Origin: Basidiobolus meristosporus CBS 931.73
Taxonomy: Eukaryota; Fungi; Basidiobolomycota
Length of the DNA: 64,000 nt
NCBI GenBank assembly: GCA_002104905.1
Contig: MCFE01000015.1
Location: forward strand, 1 to 64,000
Reading direction: 5' to 3'
The notes below the pieces were generated by a model. That model was not told the origin of the DNA, ran no database searches, and saw only the letters and a program-made list of their open reading frames with translations. Each line of letters opens with the position of its first letter. Position 1 is the stretch's first letter. The translations under genes were made by a program, and so were the position numbers. Below are positions 24,882 to 38,138 of the stretch, in pieces.

Positions 24882-26166
24882 TTAAGCAACGATCTTCCAA
24901 CCAAGCTCTTTGCCGGCCATGAAAGGAACAATCTCATAGGTGGCATTCTCGGCGCTGATGTGGTAGGGAAGGCTCTGGGTAACAACATCCGAGACCTTCT
25001 CCAGCTGAAGAGTGGTTGGCTTGTATTCTTCCTCGGTGATGCCGTAGAAACGCAGTCCGTTTTCGGACGAGAATGAGGCCAATTTGTCTAGAGCGTCAAA
25101 TGACTCGAGAATGGTGGCCAAGTAGGGAAGCACGTGGGAGGATGTGTACACGCCAGCGCAGGCGTGGGCGCATTCTTTGAGGTGCTTTGGATGTGGGGCG
25201 GAATCCGTTCCGAGGAAGAAGCGAGGGTGACCCTCCTTGATCACTTGTCTCAAAGCGGCGCGGTCTTGAGGATATTTGGCAACTGGCTTGCAGAAGTGGT
25301 GGGACTGGCCAGCCCAATCGTCAACAGTGAGGCTTAGATGATGCACGGTGATGGTGCAGCCAACAGTGTCTCCTAGGGATTTAACCTGGTAGAGACGTTG
25401 AGCAACAGATTGGTTGTGACCAGGAAACATATATGTATACCATATCAACTGCAGCCTTGGTTGTGGCATGCTCCAAAACAATCTTCAACTTGGGGAACGC
25501 TTCGTGCAACTCCTTCAAGTGGCTCAAAAAGACCTCTTCGGCGTTCATAACACAGATGTTCTTCTCGGCATCACTGGGTACTTCTCCGTGAAGGTTGAGC
25601 ACCAACCCTTCCTCCTCCATAGCTTTGAAAACTGGGTAGTAAGCAGTGTAGCTTTCAATGCCAGAGTCACTGTTGGTGGTCACTCCTCTGGGATAAGACT
25701 TGACGCCTGTATGCAAAGCACGGGGTTTAGGAGGAGGAAATCCGGGTAAGATAGAACACCACCAGTACCTTTGATTCCGGCTTTGGCGGCTTTCTTGATT
25801 TCCTCGGGGGTGAGTTCAGGAGAAAGGTACAAAGTCATTAAAAAGGTTACGTCGGGTGCAAGCTCTTGAAGCTCGGCTTTGTAAGCAAGAGCCTGTTGAG
25901 TGTTTGCCACCACTGGCTTCAAATTGGGCTACAAGGCGTTGACCAAACCACCGTTAGGTACATAGAGAAGGATGACAGCAAGAACTCAACCTCACCATGA
26001 TGTACGCGAGGGATACACCGCCCTTCTTAACTTCGGGAGTGACAAGCTTCATAAGCTCACCTTGACGAAGGTGAAGGTGAAAGTCACAGGCAGCTGGTAC
26101 AGTGATAGTGTTGACCATTCTAATTCCAGTTCTTCTTACAGCGTTCCTAACAAGCGAAGGAAGCAT
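24882..26166 (-). CDS. URA4: Dihydroorotase, homodimeric type (introns present); two in-frame ATGs at 26166 and 26118
   Basis: DFHLHLR, YIMPNL-type exon, LNLHGEVP, VLEHATT, ITVHHL, FFLGTDSAPH. Confidence 0.93.
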
Positions 26167-26509
26167 TTTCAGAGGATACTAAGCTTTTGAATTTTTTCGC
26201 ATCTGACATCAATCTTTTATCCGGGTCGATCAATGTGACCGACATCTTCGTCCGTATCAAATGTATTGGCTCGATAGCAATTAATCGAATTCCCCACTGA
26301 TAAGATAATCAACGGACACCGCCGGTTGGATGGAGAGGCAAAGATTTATTAAATGTTATGGCTAATGTTCATAAAGCGGGAGCGAAGGGAAGGCAGTAAG
26401 AAAAAAACGGTAACTATACCATAGTCTCGATGGAACAAAGTAGCGAGTTATGGTAGCTTGAGAACAGATGGTGGTGGGAATGGAGCTCACCCCATCAAGA
26501 TAGCCTTGT

Positions 26510-27278
<769 letters not shown>

Positions 27279-27888
27279 GGGCCTAATGATTTACTAGGTG
27301 TTCAAGAATGCAGCATTAGAAAAGAACGAACAAAGAAGCAGATGACAAGTAAGCACCTTGGAGATATTGTTTATGTGAAGTATCCGCCAACGAACAGCTA
27401 TTATATTGAAGTGGGATTACTGAGTATATATACCGAAAGACTAGCTAGAAGTAAAACAAAAAGGATAAACGAAAACGACCGATGTGGTAGGCGGAGGGAT
27501 CAAGTATACAAGCACTCCCTCAAGCGCACCAAGAAATCCAGAAATGCCAATCCGATTGGCTGGATTAGCAGGTGGCCACTAGCATTTGCTCATAGATAAT
27601 GTTTATGTGAGTAACGAAGCTCTTAATACCTGCATTCATTATTTCAATCCACTTTATTGAATTGAGGTTGGTGTGGGTTAAATCAATGTCACCATTGTAC
27701 AATGGCCATGTACGTTAATGCAGAATCATAAGCACCGCAGCTGATGTTGAGTATCTTCAGTCACATTGCGATGGCTCCAAAATTTCCCATCCATAAAAAA
27801 ATCCATCCATCAAATGTTTTGTCTGCAAAACCAATAAAGAAATCGGGCCCATTCTCGGTATACACATATTTACTGTTGTGGAGAGCAC

Positions 27889-29811
27889 ATGCCGCGTGAA
27901 ATCATTACTCTACAGGCCGGGCAATGCGGCAATCAAAGTATGCATGTTCTACCTTGTGTTTCTGTTGATCTCATGTTCACCTATTTCGTGTTCAAGTTGG
28001 CGTTGAATTTTGGTCCCAGCTCTGTGCTGAGCATGGAATAAACAAGGATGGGATACTAGAAGACTTTGCAGTGGAAGGTGTTGATAGAAAAGACGTGTTT
28101 TTCTATCAGGTACGGAGAAAGAGGGCGATCAACCGCCATTACGAAGCGACTGTAGTAGTAACTTTTCCCAACTAGGCTGATGATGATCATTATATCCCAA
28201 GAGCCATATTGGTCGATTTAGAACCAAGAGTATGTATTCCTCGAACCTACCACACCACCATAGCCTAAGCCTCTAACTCTCTCCTCTGACTATAGGTTAT
28301 CAACAACATTACTTCCTCAGAGTATGCCAATCTCTACAATCCGGAGAATATTTTTGTTTCCAAGGACGGCGGAGGTGCTGGCAACAACTGGGCACATGGT
28401 TATGGGCAAGGCGATAAGATATATGAGGAGGTCTTTGATATGCTGGACAGAGAAGCTGAAGGAAGTGAATCGCTAGAGGTATGGCCTACAGCGTGGGTGG
28501 TGGCGGATAAACGAGCATCCGTTAACTAGTTCTCCTACACAGGGATTTATGCTTCTTCACTCTATTGCTGGTGGTACAGGCTCTGGTCTTGGGTCTTTCC
28601 TTTTGGAAAAATTGAATGACCGCTTTCCCAAGAAATTGATTCAAACATACTCCGTATTTCCCAATAACGAGGAGGTGTCGGATGTTGTTGTCCAACCGTA
28701 TAACAGTATCCTGAGTTTGAAGCGGTTAACGCAGAATGCTGACAGCGTGGTAAGCTCTCAAGAAACAGTTTGCTTTGCGTAGTATCGGGTTTACTGAATC
28801 AGGTTATATAGGTCGTGTTGGACAATGGTGCTCTAACAAGGATTGCGGTCGACAAGCTACACATCGAGACGCCTACTTTTGCCCAAACAAACCAACTTGT
28901 CTGTTCTTATTCGTGCTCGCCCCTCTACATTGAACCTTGCTAACCTGGTTTCCCCATTCTAGGTATCTACCGTTATGTCTGCTAGTACTACCACTCTTAG
29001 ATACCCCGGATACATGAACAATGACCTTGTTGGCCTCATCGCTTCTCTTATCCCTACTCCTAAATGCCATTACCTGATGACTTCTTATACTCCATTTACT
29101 AGCGATGCCGGGGATATGGTACCTAATTCACACATCCTTTTTATAGGTTTCTTATTTCCATCTAACATCGTCCCTCTAGTCTAAAGCTGTTCGAAAGACT
29201 ACCGTTTTGGATGTTATGCGTCGCTTGCTTCAGCCCAAAAACAAGATGGTCTCTACCAACCCCAGTAAAAAGAGTTGCTATATTTCCGCTCTCAATATCA
29301 TCCAAGGGGAAGCTGATCCCACTGAGGTTCATAAATCACTACTAAGGATCCGCGAGAGACGTCTTGCCCAGTTTATTCCTTGGGGACCTGCCAGTATCCA
29401 AGTTGCTTTAACCCGAAAATCCCCCTATGTGCAGACCCAACATCGTGTGAGTGGGTTGATGTTAGCTAACCATACTAGTATCGCCTCGGTAAGCCATATA
29501 CACCTCTAGAGTCATCCGCCTGCTCGATATTAACCATCCTGCTTCTTGTAAAAGCTCTTCAAGCGTGTTTGTGACCAGTATGATCGCCTTAGAAAGCGTA
29601 ACGCCTTCATCGATCGCTACAAACAAGAAGCAATCTTTTCAGATGGACTTGACGAATTCGACGATTCCAGAGAAGTGGTACAGGATCTCATTGATGAGTA
29701 TCGCGCATGTGAAAATCCGGACTATATCAGCCATGTACGTAGAATGCCCTCTTTGATGCTTGTTTCCCATGTCTGATCTTTTTCAATTCCCGATTCTAGG
29801 CCCAGAACTGA
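27889..29811 (+). CDS. TUB4: Gamma-tubulin (multi-exon)
   Basis: [70 protein letters not shown]; last exon inferred at 29800-29811. Confidence 0.96.
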
Positions 29812-30152
29812 TAGATGGTGGCTAGAGACTTTTTAGAATTAAGTTTGATATTGTACCATACCGTTGTTTTTGCCTTAGACAATAAATACAAGATGCTATA
29901 TGGGCGCCTTTGTTCCATGAATCTTATCGGAATGCCGGATATAGCAAAGGCGTATGGCATGGAGTAGAATTTCGTTGAAATATAAAAGTGGAATTCAACT
30001 GCAGTGAAGAATGTGACGTTGAGGATTGCTGAGGCTAGTATTAATTGATTTGTCATTGTATTTCATATTTGAGCAAAGAACCCAAATCATATGACTCCAC
30101 CTGATAATATATATACGCCTTGTAGTACAATGGATTTTTGCCAGCGTCTACC

Positions 30153-31794
30153 ATGCCGGTTACCTTTCACCTTTTGCTGCCGCTGATATTCTTGTTGACC
30201 GTCTTCGGGCCTGGTTTTCAAAGCGTCTCGATATTTCCTTATTTCAGCCTCACCCTCTCACTCTATTACGTTACTCATACTCAGTTTTTCAACCTACTCT
30301 TTCTGAGTCTTGCTTTAAGTCTTGGGTCTACTTTCGCCTACTTGGGGGTGTTACAAAACCATGAATGGGCTTTAGAGGGGATCCTGATTACTATTGGTAG
30401 TTGTTTCTTGATTGGTAGTGTTCTAACGCTACCTTTCGTTATCTATAAAGTGTTTTTGACGCGCTGGAGCAATCTCCACTTATCAACACTTGTTTTCCCT
30501 ATATCCTGGACTGGAGTCTGGATTGTCTATTACTATATCAGCCCTATCGGAAGCTGGGGAAGTTATGCCTATTCGCAATTTGGTATCGAGCCAATTGTCC
30601 AGCTTTCTTCAATTGCTGGTATTTCAGCTATCGATTTCTTGTTATCCTGGTCTGCTTCGGTCTTCAATCTTCTGCTGAATTGGGAATACTTCAACTCCTT
30701 TCAAACGATTTCTGGGGAAGAGCAGCCACTGTTGGCTACACAGCAGAGAGACCGTTCTTCACCGGCAGAAATCAAGCTTCCATGGAAAAAACTGACCACA
30801 CCAGTTGGTATTTACCTCTCGGCTGTCATCGTTTTGTTCTCTTATGGAGCGGCACGACACAACATCCTGCCAGGGTCATTCTATATGAAATTCATTGATC
30901 ATGCCATTGTGCCGACTGTCAAACTGGGCTGTGTCATTGGCAACAATATTGAATCAAAGCAGTCCGATTACTTCGATCAAACTCGCGATTTGGCAAACAA
31001 AGGTGGAAATATCATTATTTGGTCGGAATCTGCTGTCTCGGTCGAGAATCCGAAGAGTTATGATAGCCTGATGAACCAGGCACGCAACGTTTCCGCAACA
31101 TACGGAATCTACCTTGGTGTTACTTACAACAAGCAATACCCAGGGGAGAAGTATTCCCAGAACATGGTGACATTGTTTGATCCAAAAGGGCAAATTGCGT
31201 ACAAGTATCAGAAGTCTCACCCAGTTGTAATAGTTGAGAGTCATATCGCCCCTGGACCCAAAGTTATCCCGTATGTCGATACTCCGGAATATGGCCGTCT
31301 CGCAAGTGCTATCTGTTTTGATTTGGACTTCAATACGTTCATGCGACAGGCTGGAGAAAACGAGGTTGATTTTCTTTTGCAACCTTCCTGGACTTGGGGT
31401 AATTATCATGGTGGTTTTCGCTGTCAGTACCATGTATGTTTACTTGGATATTTCGATTTTAACAGGTCCTATCGGAAAATATCATTCCGAAATCCAGTCT
31501 TTCCGTGCAGTTGAGAATGGAATGAACTTGCTTCGTTGTAGCTCATGGTCCCCAAGTACGGTTTATGACCCGTTCCATCACATTTATGCGTACAAACAGA
31601 ACCTTGGGGTTGGCTCTATGTTGGCCGAAGTGCCTTTACGTCGTCATACCAAGACCTTATACACCATCTTCGGTGATTTGTTTGCCTGGTGCTGCTTTGC
31701 CGCGACCCTTTTATATGTCACTGTTTCATGGATCCCATTGGCCACAATAGGGAAATGGCCTGCTCTTGTACAGCTTCTCAATGCTAAGCAGTAG
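30153..31794 (+). CDS. Apolipoprotein N-acyltransferase (Lnt)-like protein: polytopic membrane domain plus nitrilase-fold domain; one intron near 31400-31468
   Basis: GSWGSYAYSQ, IVQLSSIAGISAIDFL, IIIWSE (Glu), YQKSHPV (Lys), ICFD (Cys), QPSWTW, FRAVENG and a C-terminal TM; the 5' end may include an upstream exon. Confidence 0.85.
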
Positions 31795-32043
31795 AGCCAA
31801 TTTGTGCAAATAGTCAAGTTCTCCTAACTGTATTTGATTTGTTCAGAGAATTGAGGGCATGCTAAATTTTGACCGCTTTAGTGGTTGGCAGCCTATATGT
31901 GCATTTATTTTACTTTGAAATGATTAAATGCATTTATCCCACTCTAAACTCACCTATCATATCGATGCTCCAACATTGCATTTGCCAAAAAGTCCCATTT
32001 ATATGGCTTTACAAAGCTTACCGTTGTTCGTGTAAATACTGAA

Positions 32044-34619
32044 ATGCAAGTTCAAGTAAGTATCCTCCGAGCTTTCAAAGAACACACCTTAATGTCACGA
32101 TTCTTCTTATGTTAGCAATCTTCTAAGCAAATGGTAGAAACCCAGCTGCCAACTGAGCAGCAAAGCTCAACTTTAGTGAAAAAGCTATTACAAAGCTCCC
32201 TGGGATGTATCACCTACTTGCGGTATGATGTAACCAATTGTGATATTCCAACTGAATCTAAATTCAGAGAAGGGCACTCTTCCCCGAGGACAATTATTAT
32301 ACGGAGAACATCGGAAGTAATTGCAACTAGAGCATACCGAACATTTGATACTTGGGATTAACAAACTTGTAGAACTATCAATTAAACAAATTAAAAGAGG
32401 ATTTTCAACGGAAGGTGACACACTCATAGACTGGATGGTAAGCAGTAATAGTACATTCATGATGCATAATGATAACCAAATTCTGGGCCATCTATAGGAA
32501 AAGGGCTGTTACCATGCGTTAGAAAAGAAATATGTACATATTTTCGTCATAATGATCTGGTCTTCAATCGTTTTGACCGTAGTGTAGCTACGCACAGTAA
32601 TTTTGGGAATCTATCTCGACCCCGACGAGCCGACAAACCTCGCAGAGACTTATACTTTCGATATAACATATCCAGCAGATGGAGAAACAGACATCACAAT
32701 ATCAAAAGACAACGAGGAGCTAATGAGATTCAAATCCAAAGGGGAAATAAAGAAGGCTTCGCAACAGCTCCTTCGTCGATTGATCCTGTTGACCCAAACC
32801 CTCAAGGTATGAGTAATTACGCAGGATCCTTGGATGCTATTGCATACGTAGTGTTGACTTTTCCATCAGCCCCTTCCAGGTACCTAAACCGCGATATTGA
32901 GAAAAATCTTTGACCACAACGTTGTGTCTATGTAGATAATCGTTTCATTACAATGAAACTTCTTTACTATGATATTGCTCCAGCGGACTACGAGCCACCC
33001 CTCTTTAAACCAGATGACCCTGATAAGAAGTTTGTGTTTGAAGTGGAGCCTGAGAGAATAGATATTGGCGAGGTAGAGACCCCTTATCACAGGTGGGTGG
33101 ATCTTTGCAAAGATCTTATCGCTACACTAGCATTAAGCATTGTGGTGGTAGCATCAATATTAAAGTCGCCACTATATCGGATCAATTTGATGACCCTGAA
33201 GAAAACGAGGAAATCCCAACTCAAGTATTGAATACTTCAATGTATGATACTCAGGGATCATCCCAATCAGTGAATAGCTCAACACTCAATGATCGAATAT
33301 CGATTCTCACCAAAAGAGCGGCTGATGCTTGTGATAAGGTGGTATATGACGCTGAGAATGAGGAGCAAGCTCGTGAGAGCTCCGAGGTATTTCCAATTGG
33401 TAATTCTTACCACAATCATCGTTTAAATTCCGTTTTCCCAAGGAAATGTCACTTACTCAAGCCACTATCCCTATTATGGACAATAAGGAAAACATAACCA
33501 CACAGGAGTACTCAACATTCCTATCTGAGGTATTGAACACTACATCAATGATTATTTGTGAGTATATCTGATGTTGGCTTATATAGAGTTCATTTTCCTT
33601 GGATCCTTCAGACTCGAACAAGGATTATAAACACTACCCAACAGAATTAGATCCTATTGAATGTTTAGAAAACCTCACACACAGCAAGCTTCTAAAGTTA
33701 AGAATAGATAATGATCTTCCCACAACAGTGACCTCCCATCAGGAAAATAAGATGGTTGTTCAATGTGTATGTGGCTTGAACGAAAGCGATGGCGATATGG
33801 TATCACATATCTACAAAAGATCTTTTAATGTATTTATATGTATGTGTTAACAAAAATTTATTCTTTAGATTCTGTGTGACTATTGCAACACTTGGGGTCA
33901 TATTGTTTGCTTTGGATTCAAGTCAAAGGATGATCCAAGGATACCAGATGTTCATGTCTGTTATGCCTGTAGATTCAACAAAAGCCAAGAACTGGGTATG
34001 AAATATAATACAAGAAGAATCGAAAACTTAGCAATATGGAGGCACTGTCTTTCTATTGTGTGGGATGAAGGACTGGAGTCGTGTCCGTTACTTGGGTGGA
34101 GATTAGGTTTAAGCTGTGATATTGCAATACCTACTCATGCATAGGTCCCTAAACCGCTAGATTTTTAGGAATCAATACACCAACAGCACGAAAACTAATA
34201 AACCGCTTGTGTCGTGAGGGCTTCCTGATAAAAACTATCAAGAGAGGTGAGCAAAAGACCCGTGGAAAATCCAGCTACCTAGTTGTGAAGAATCCAGAAA
34301 TGGAAGAGATGCTAGATCGTTATTTCAGTCAAGATTTGGACGAAGCACTAGTGCATTTTGAGACAAGAGTAAGAGTTCTATTTGACACGGGTATTGTCAA
34401 TGTGTAACTAATGTCTCCAAAAAAGCGGGTGAACAGATCGAAGGCAGTATCGAGAAAAAGATCGTCAACTGAATGCACCCCCAAGTCGTCAAATCAAGTT
34501 AGTCTTGTTGACACTCCTATCGAGTAATGAATCTAACACTTTTAATTTAGTCAACAGAGATGGATTTGAGAAAAAGGAGGAAAGTCTCGATTGCCAAAAG
34601 CGCAATATCAGTTCTGTGA
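32044..34619 (+). CDS. HOP1: Meiotic HORMAD protein Hop1: HORMA, PHD, winged-helix region and C-terminal closure motif
   Basis: TEQQS..LLQSSLGCITYLR, ETYTFDITY, LILLTQTL, YEPPLF, TPYH; CVCG...CDYCNTWGHIVCFG...CYAC; ends KRRKVSIAKSAISVL. Confidence 0.88.
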
Positions 34620-35065
34620 GCGATAGTTGGAAGCTCTGATGGCCATCTGATAAAGGTATCAGCGGTATACTTCTTAATACCAGCATGTTGTACCAATGGC
34701 ATATATTCTTCGTTGCGAAATAAACCCTCATATCAGGATTGTTCCAAGAAGGCGAATTCCATTTTAGTGATCATTCGCTACCACAGTTAATACTAGAAGT
34801 GAAGTCCGACACTCTCATTACAGCATGCCAAATCAAATACCAAACACCGAGGAGACAATGCAAGAGCATGAAAGCTAAACCATATATGATTGAAACAAAC
34901 ATATTACTGGAGCAGTGAATAGGTTAAACGGGAAAGGATATATTATCTGACAGGGGTAAATTCATGTTTCATACTCATTTCCGCCCCAATCCTACGAAGT
35001 GCGGGACGGTATTTAAAGGTACCCAAGGGTTTAGACTCTTCAAGGGTCAGGCCAATCCATAGAAA

Positions 35066-36112
35066 ATGGTGTGTAGAAATATTGTTACTCTGATACTTCT
35101 TTGCTTGACTTCACTCTCAGGTAACTACCATGAATCTAGGTTGACCTTGTTATCCTTTAATTCCTGATTCTTTTGCAACTGGAATAGTGTCTGTTCTCGC
35201 AATTCGCACGAGATCTACCAGTGTGCTAGGGAGTTTGGATGGATGTACCTACTGCCCAAGAATTCGAATTGGTTGTTTTAATGGATGCAAGCCCAACGAG
35301 ACCTGCAAATATTCTCCTAGAACTTGTGGTCAATGTGCGAATGCACAATGCGTAGAGAATCAGGAACCTCCATCAACTGAAGGCGAATGTGTGATATGCC
35401 CACAAATCTTTCCAGCGTGCAACCTTGCTTGCAAGAAGGGGTACCAATGTGAGGTTCAAAAGCAGACATGCTCTAGTTGCGCTCATGCTGCCTGCGTGCC
35501 ACAAAGTATCTTTGAGCTTACGTTAGTAAATCTGGTAATGCCAATATTAATATTTTCATTCCCTTTAGAAACCACGAAGCCTATACCCCCACCAAAATCT
35601 TGCCTAATTTGTCCACAATTCATCCCGCCTTGTACCCTGGCCTGTAAGAAAGGATTCGAATGTAAAATCCAAAGACAGACATGCTCTGCCTGTGCTCACG
35701 CCGCCTGCGTACCAAAGAGTAGTCCTAATCATAGATGTATTTGATGTTGCACAGTCTGATAATTGGTTGATGTTAGAGACGACTGGACCAACTCCAAGGC
35801 CAACACCATGTAAGATTTGCCTGCAATTTATCCCACCCTGCAACTTGGATTGCAAGAAAGGAACCAAGTGTGCAATTCAAAAACAAACATGTTCGTCCTG
35901 CAGCAAGCCTACATGTGTCCCGGATACAAGTACTTCCTGCCCCTCCGAAATCCGCTTCTAACCCGAGAATTAATTTCTTTACCATCCTAGGTGCTGATGA
36001 ATATGAAGGCCAAACGGTTGATGCAGATCACGACTCCGATCTACCCGAAACCCAGAATTACGATGTCTCTGGAGATGATGATATTGATGATTCCGACTCG
36101 ATGGAGTATTAG
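35066..36112 (+). CDS. Secreted protein with four 8-Cys Opy2-N-like repeats and an acidic tail; exons 35066-35120, 35188-35505, 35569-35718, 35777-35929, 35991-36112
   Basis: Signal peptide MVCRNIVTLILLCLTSLSVSVLA; four copies of C-x2-C-x6-C-x3-C-x5-C-x6-C-x2-C-x4-C; all four introns phase 1. Confidence 0.8.
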
Positions 36113-36501
36113 TTGAGGAATTCTTCTGTTGTGGAAAAGTCTTAACTCCAATCCTAATTAAACCAAGCTAGCAATGCCACCTTGCTGGCCAGGCGTGACT
36201 GCTACTGGCATTATAAATCAATCCCACCATTTGTCATGATTTTTATTGTGGAAGCCTACCGTGTGCATTTCGGTCAATTTAATATGCTGTTTCGGTAATT
36301 CGGGATACAGTATTGTGTAATATGAGACCCTGGGTGACACAACGCTGAATTTACATTTCCTCTTTGTCAGCAGTTATGAGGCTCACACACCATCTGTATG
36401 GTGGTCTCTATCACGTGACCTATGCGGCGTGGCAATATTGGCTGATTGAACTTGGTATATATTATAGTAGAATCCTTTGGTAGCGTATTCAACCATACGA
36501 C

Positions 36502-37794
36502 ATGGATATTCAAACGCTTTTCGGTGTAAAGGACAAAATCGTTCTCGTTACTGGTGGAGGTCGTGGGTAAGAACAAAGCTGCATATCCAGGCCAATATGC
36601 CTTTTCTCAAGTCCTTAACTCCTTTCCTTGCAGAATTGGTTTGATGATTGCCAAGGTGGGTTTTTACTTGAGATAGATAAGCATACACTCTCATACGAAC
36701 CGGCCCGTTCTCTCTTAGGCATATGTTGCTAACGGTGCCAAAGTATATATCTCCTCTCGCTCCAAGGAGGTGTGCGACAAAGTAGCCAGCCAACTCAATA
36801 AAGAGGGCCCCGGACAATGCATTAGTGTTCCAGCGGATCTACAGCATCTGGAGCAAGTCAAGAATCTCGCTCAGGAGATTGAGCGCCGTGAAGGAAGTAA
36901 GTGCTTACCCCTCCGTAGGCCTTCAAATAAGCGTTCCACTAAGGCTCGATATAGAACTACACATACTGGTCAATAATGCTGGGGCAAATGTAATTTCAAT
37001 TTCAATACCAGCTTGACCTCTCTTCATGCTCTGATCTTTCTAATTTCATGTAGTGGGGAGCCCCATTGAGCTCATATCCGGACGAGGCGTTTGAGGTAGA
37101 CATCTTTGGAACACTAGTACATATCGAAATCTAACATCCCAACCATTTTCAAAGAAAGTGATGAACCTTAATCTGAAGCGAGTGTTCAGCCTTACCCAGG
37201 CGTAAGTAAGCTGGATTTAAGCATTCCAGCCGGTGTTGGTCTGACATTGCTAGACAATTCTAGATTGATCCCATTGCTTGAAAAGACCGCCTCTCAGGAT
37301 GATCCAGCCAGAATCATCAATATTGGCTCAGTAGATGGTAGGCAGCCGTGGGCTTAGATTTCCAACCAGTAACTGGCCTCTAATCAAACCTCCACCTAAG
37401 GAATCCGTGTTCCCGCACTGGAGACTTTTGCTTATTCGGCAAGTAAGGCTGCATTACACCATATGACCAAGGTGTTGGCACATCATCTTGGCCCTCAGTT
37501 CATCACAGTGAACGCCATCGCCCCTGGGCCTTTTGAGAGCAAGATGATGAACGCAACCCTGGAGAAGTTCAGAGACTCCATCGAAGGGAGCAACCCCTTG
37601 AAAAGAATCGGCAGACCGTCTGACATTGGAGGTACTTTGACTCTCTATCATCCTTTCGGAAATTCTTCCCTCTAACCTTTTTGTTTGGTCATCACCTAGG
37701 AACCTGCATCTACTTGTCGTCAAGAGCTGGCTCCTACACCAATGGTGCAATCATCACCAACGATGGCGGTGCCGTTATAACGGCCAAATTGTAA
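36502..37794 (+). CDS. Classical short-chain dehydrogenase/reductase (multi-exon)
   Basis: VLVTGGGRGIG, LVNNAG, IINIGS, YSASKAA, VNAIAPG, NPLKRIG. Confidence 0.92.
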
Positions 37795-38138
37795 ACCTAT
37801 CAAGTGTTAGTTTCGGTGTTTGTTTCCAACAATAAAGCCAAGTTGTATTCCATGTAGCGCACGTAGACTTTTTTGATCCCCTCCATCGCGACCATGCTCA
37901 TGTGCATGTGCGCTTAAACATCACTGTGGCCATTTTATTCCACATTCAGAGCAGCAACCTTGTTCGGTGTGACTATATAGAGAGGGTGGAGATTGTGCTG
38001 ATCACCATTTATGGTAAATCCATCTAACAGTTCGAGCCTGCTTGGGACATCATCATATTGACTCATATCTCCCAACGATAAAATGAACCTCGGCGATGAC
38101 TAGGTTTGGGAAGCGGTTCTTCTCTTTACGTATTATCC

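Noticed and set aside
35506-35568. Intron with GTATCTTT donor resembling a U12-type 5' splice site
   Set aside because: No TCCTTAAC-like branch point near the acceptor; treated as U2-type.
36567-36633. Intron with a TCCTTAAC element 14 nt before the AG
   Set aside because: The donor is GTAAGA (U2-type); one element alone does not support a minor intron.
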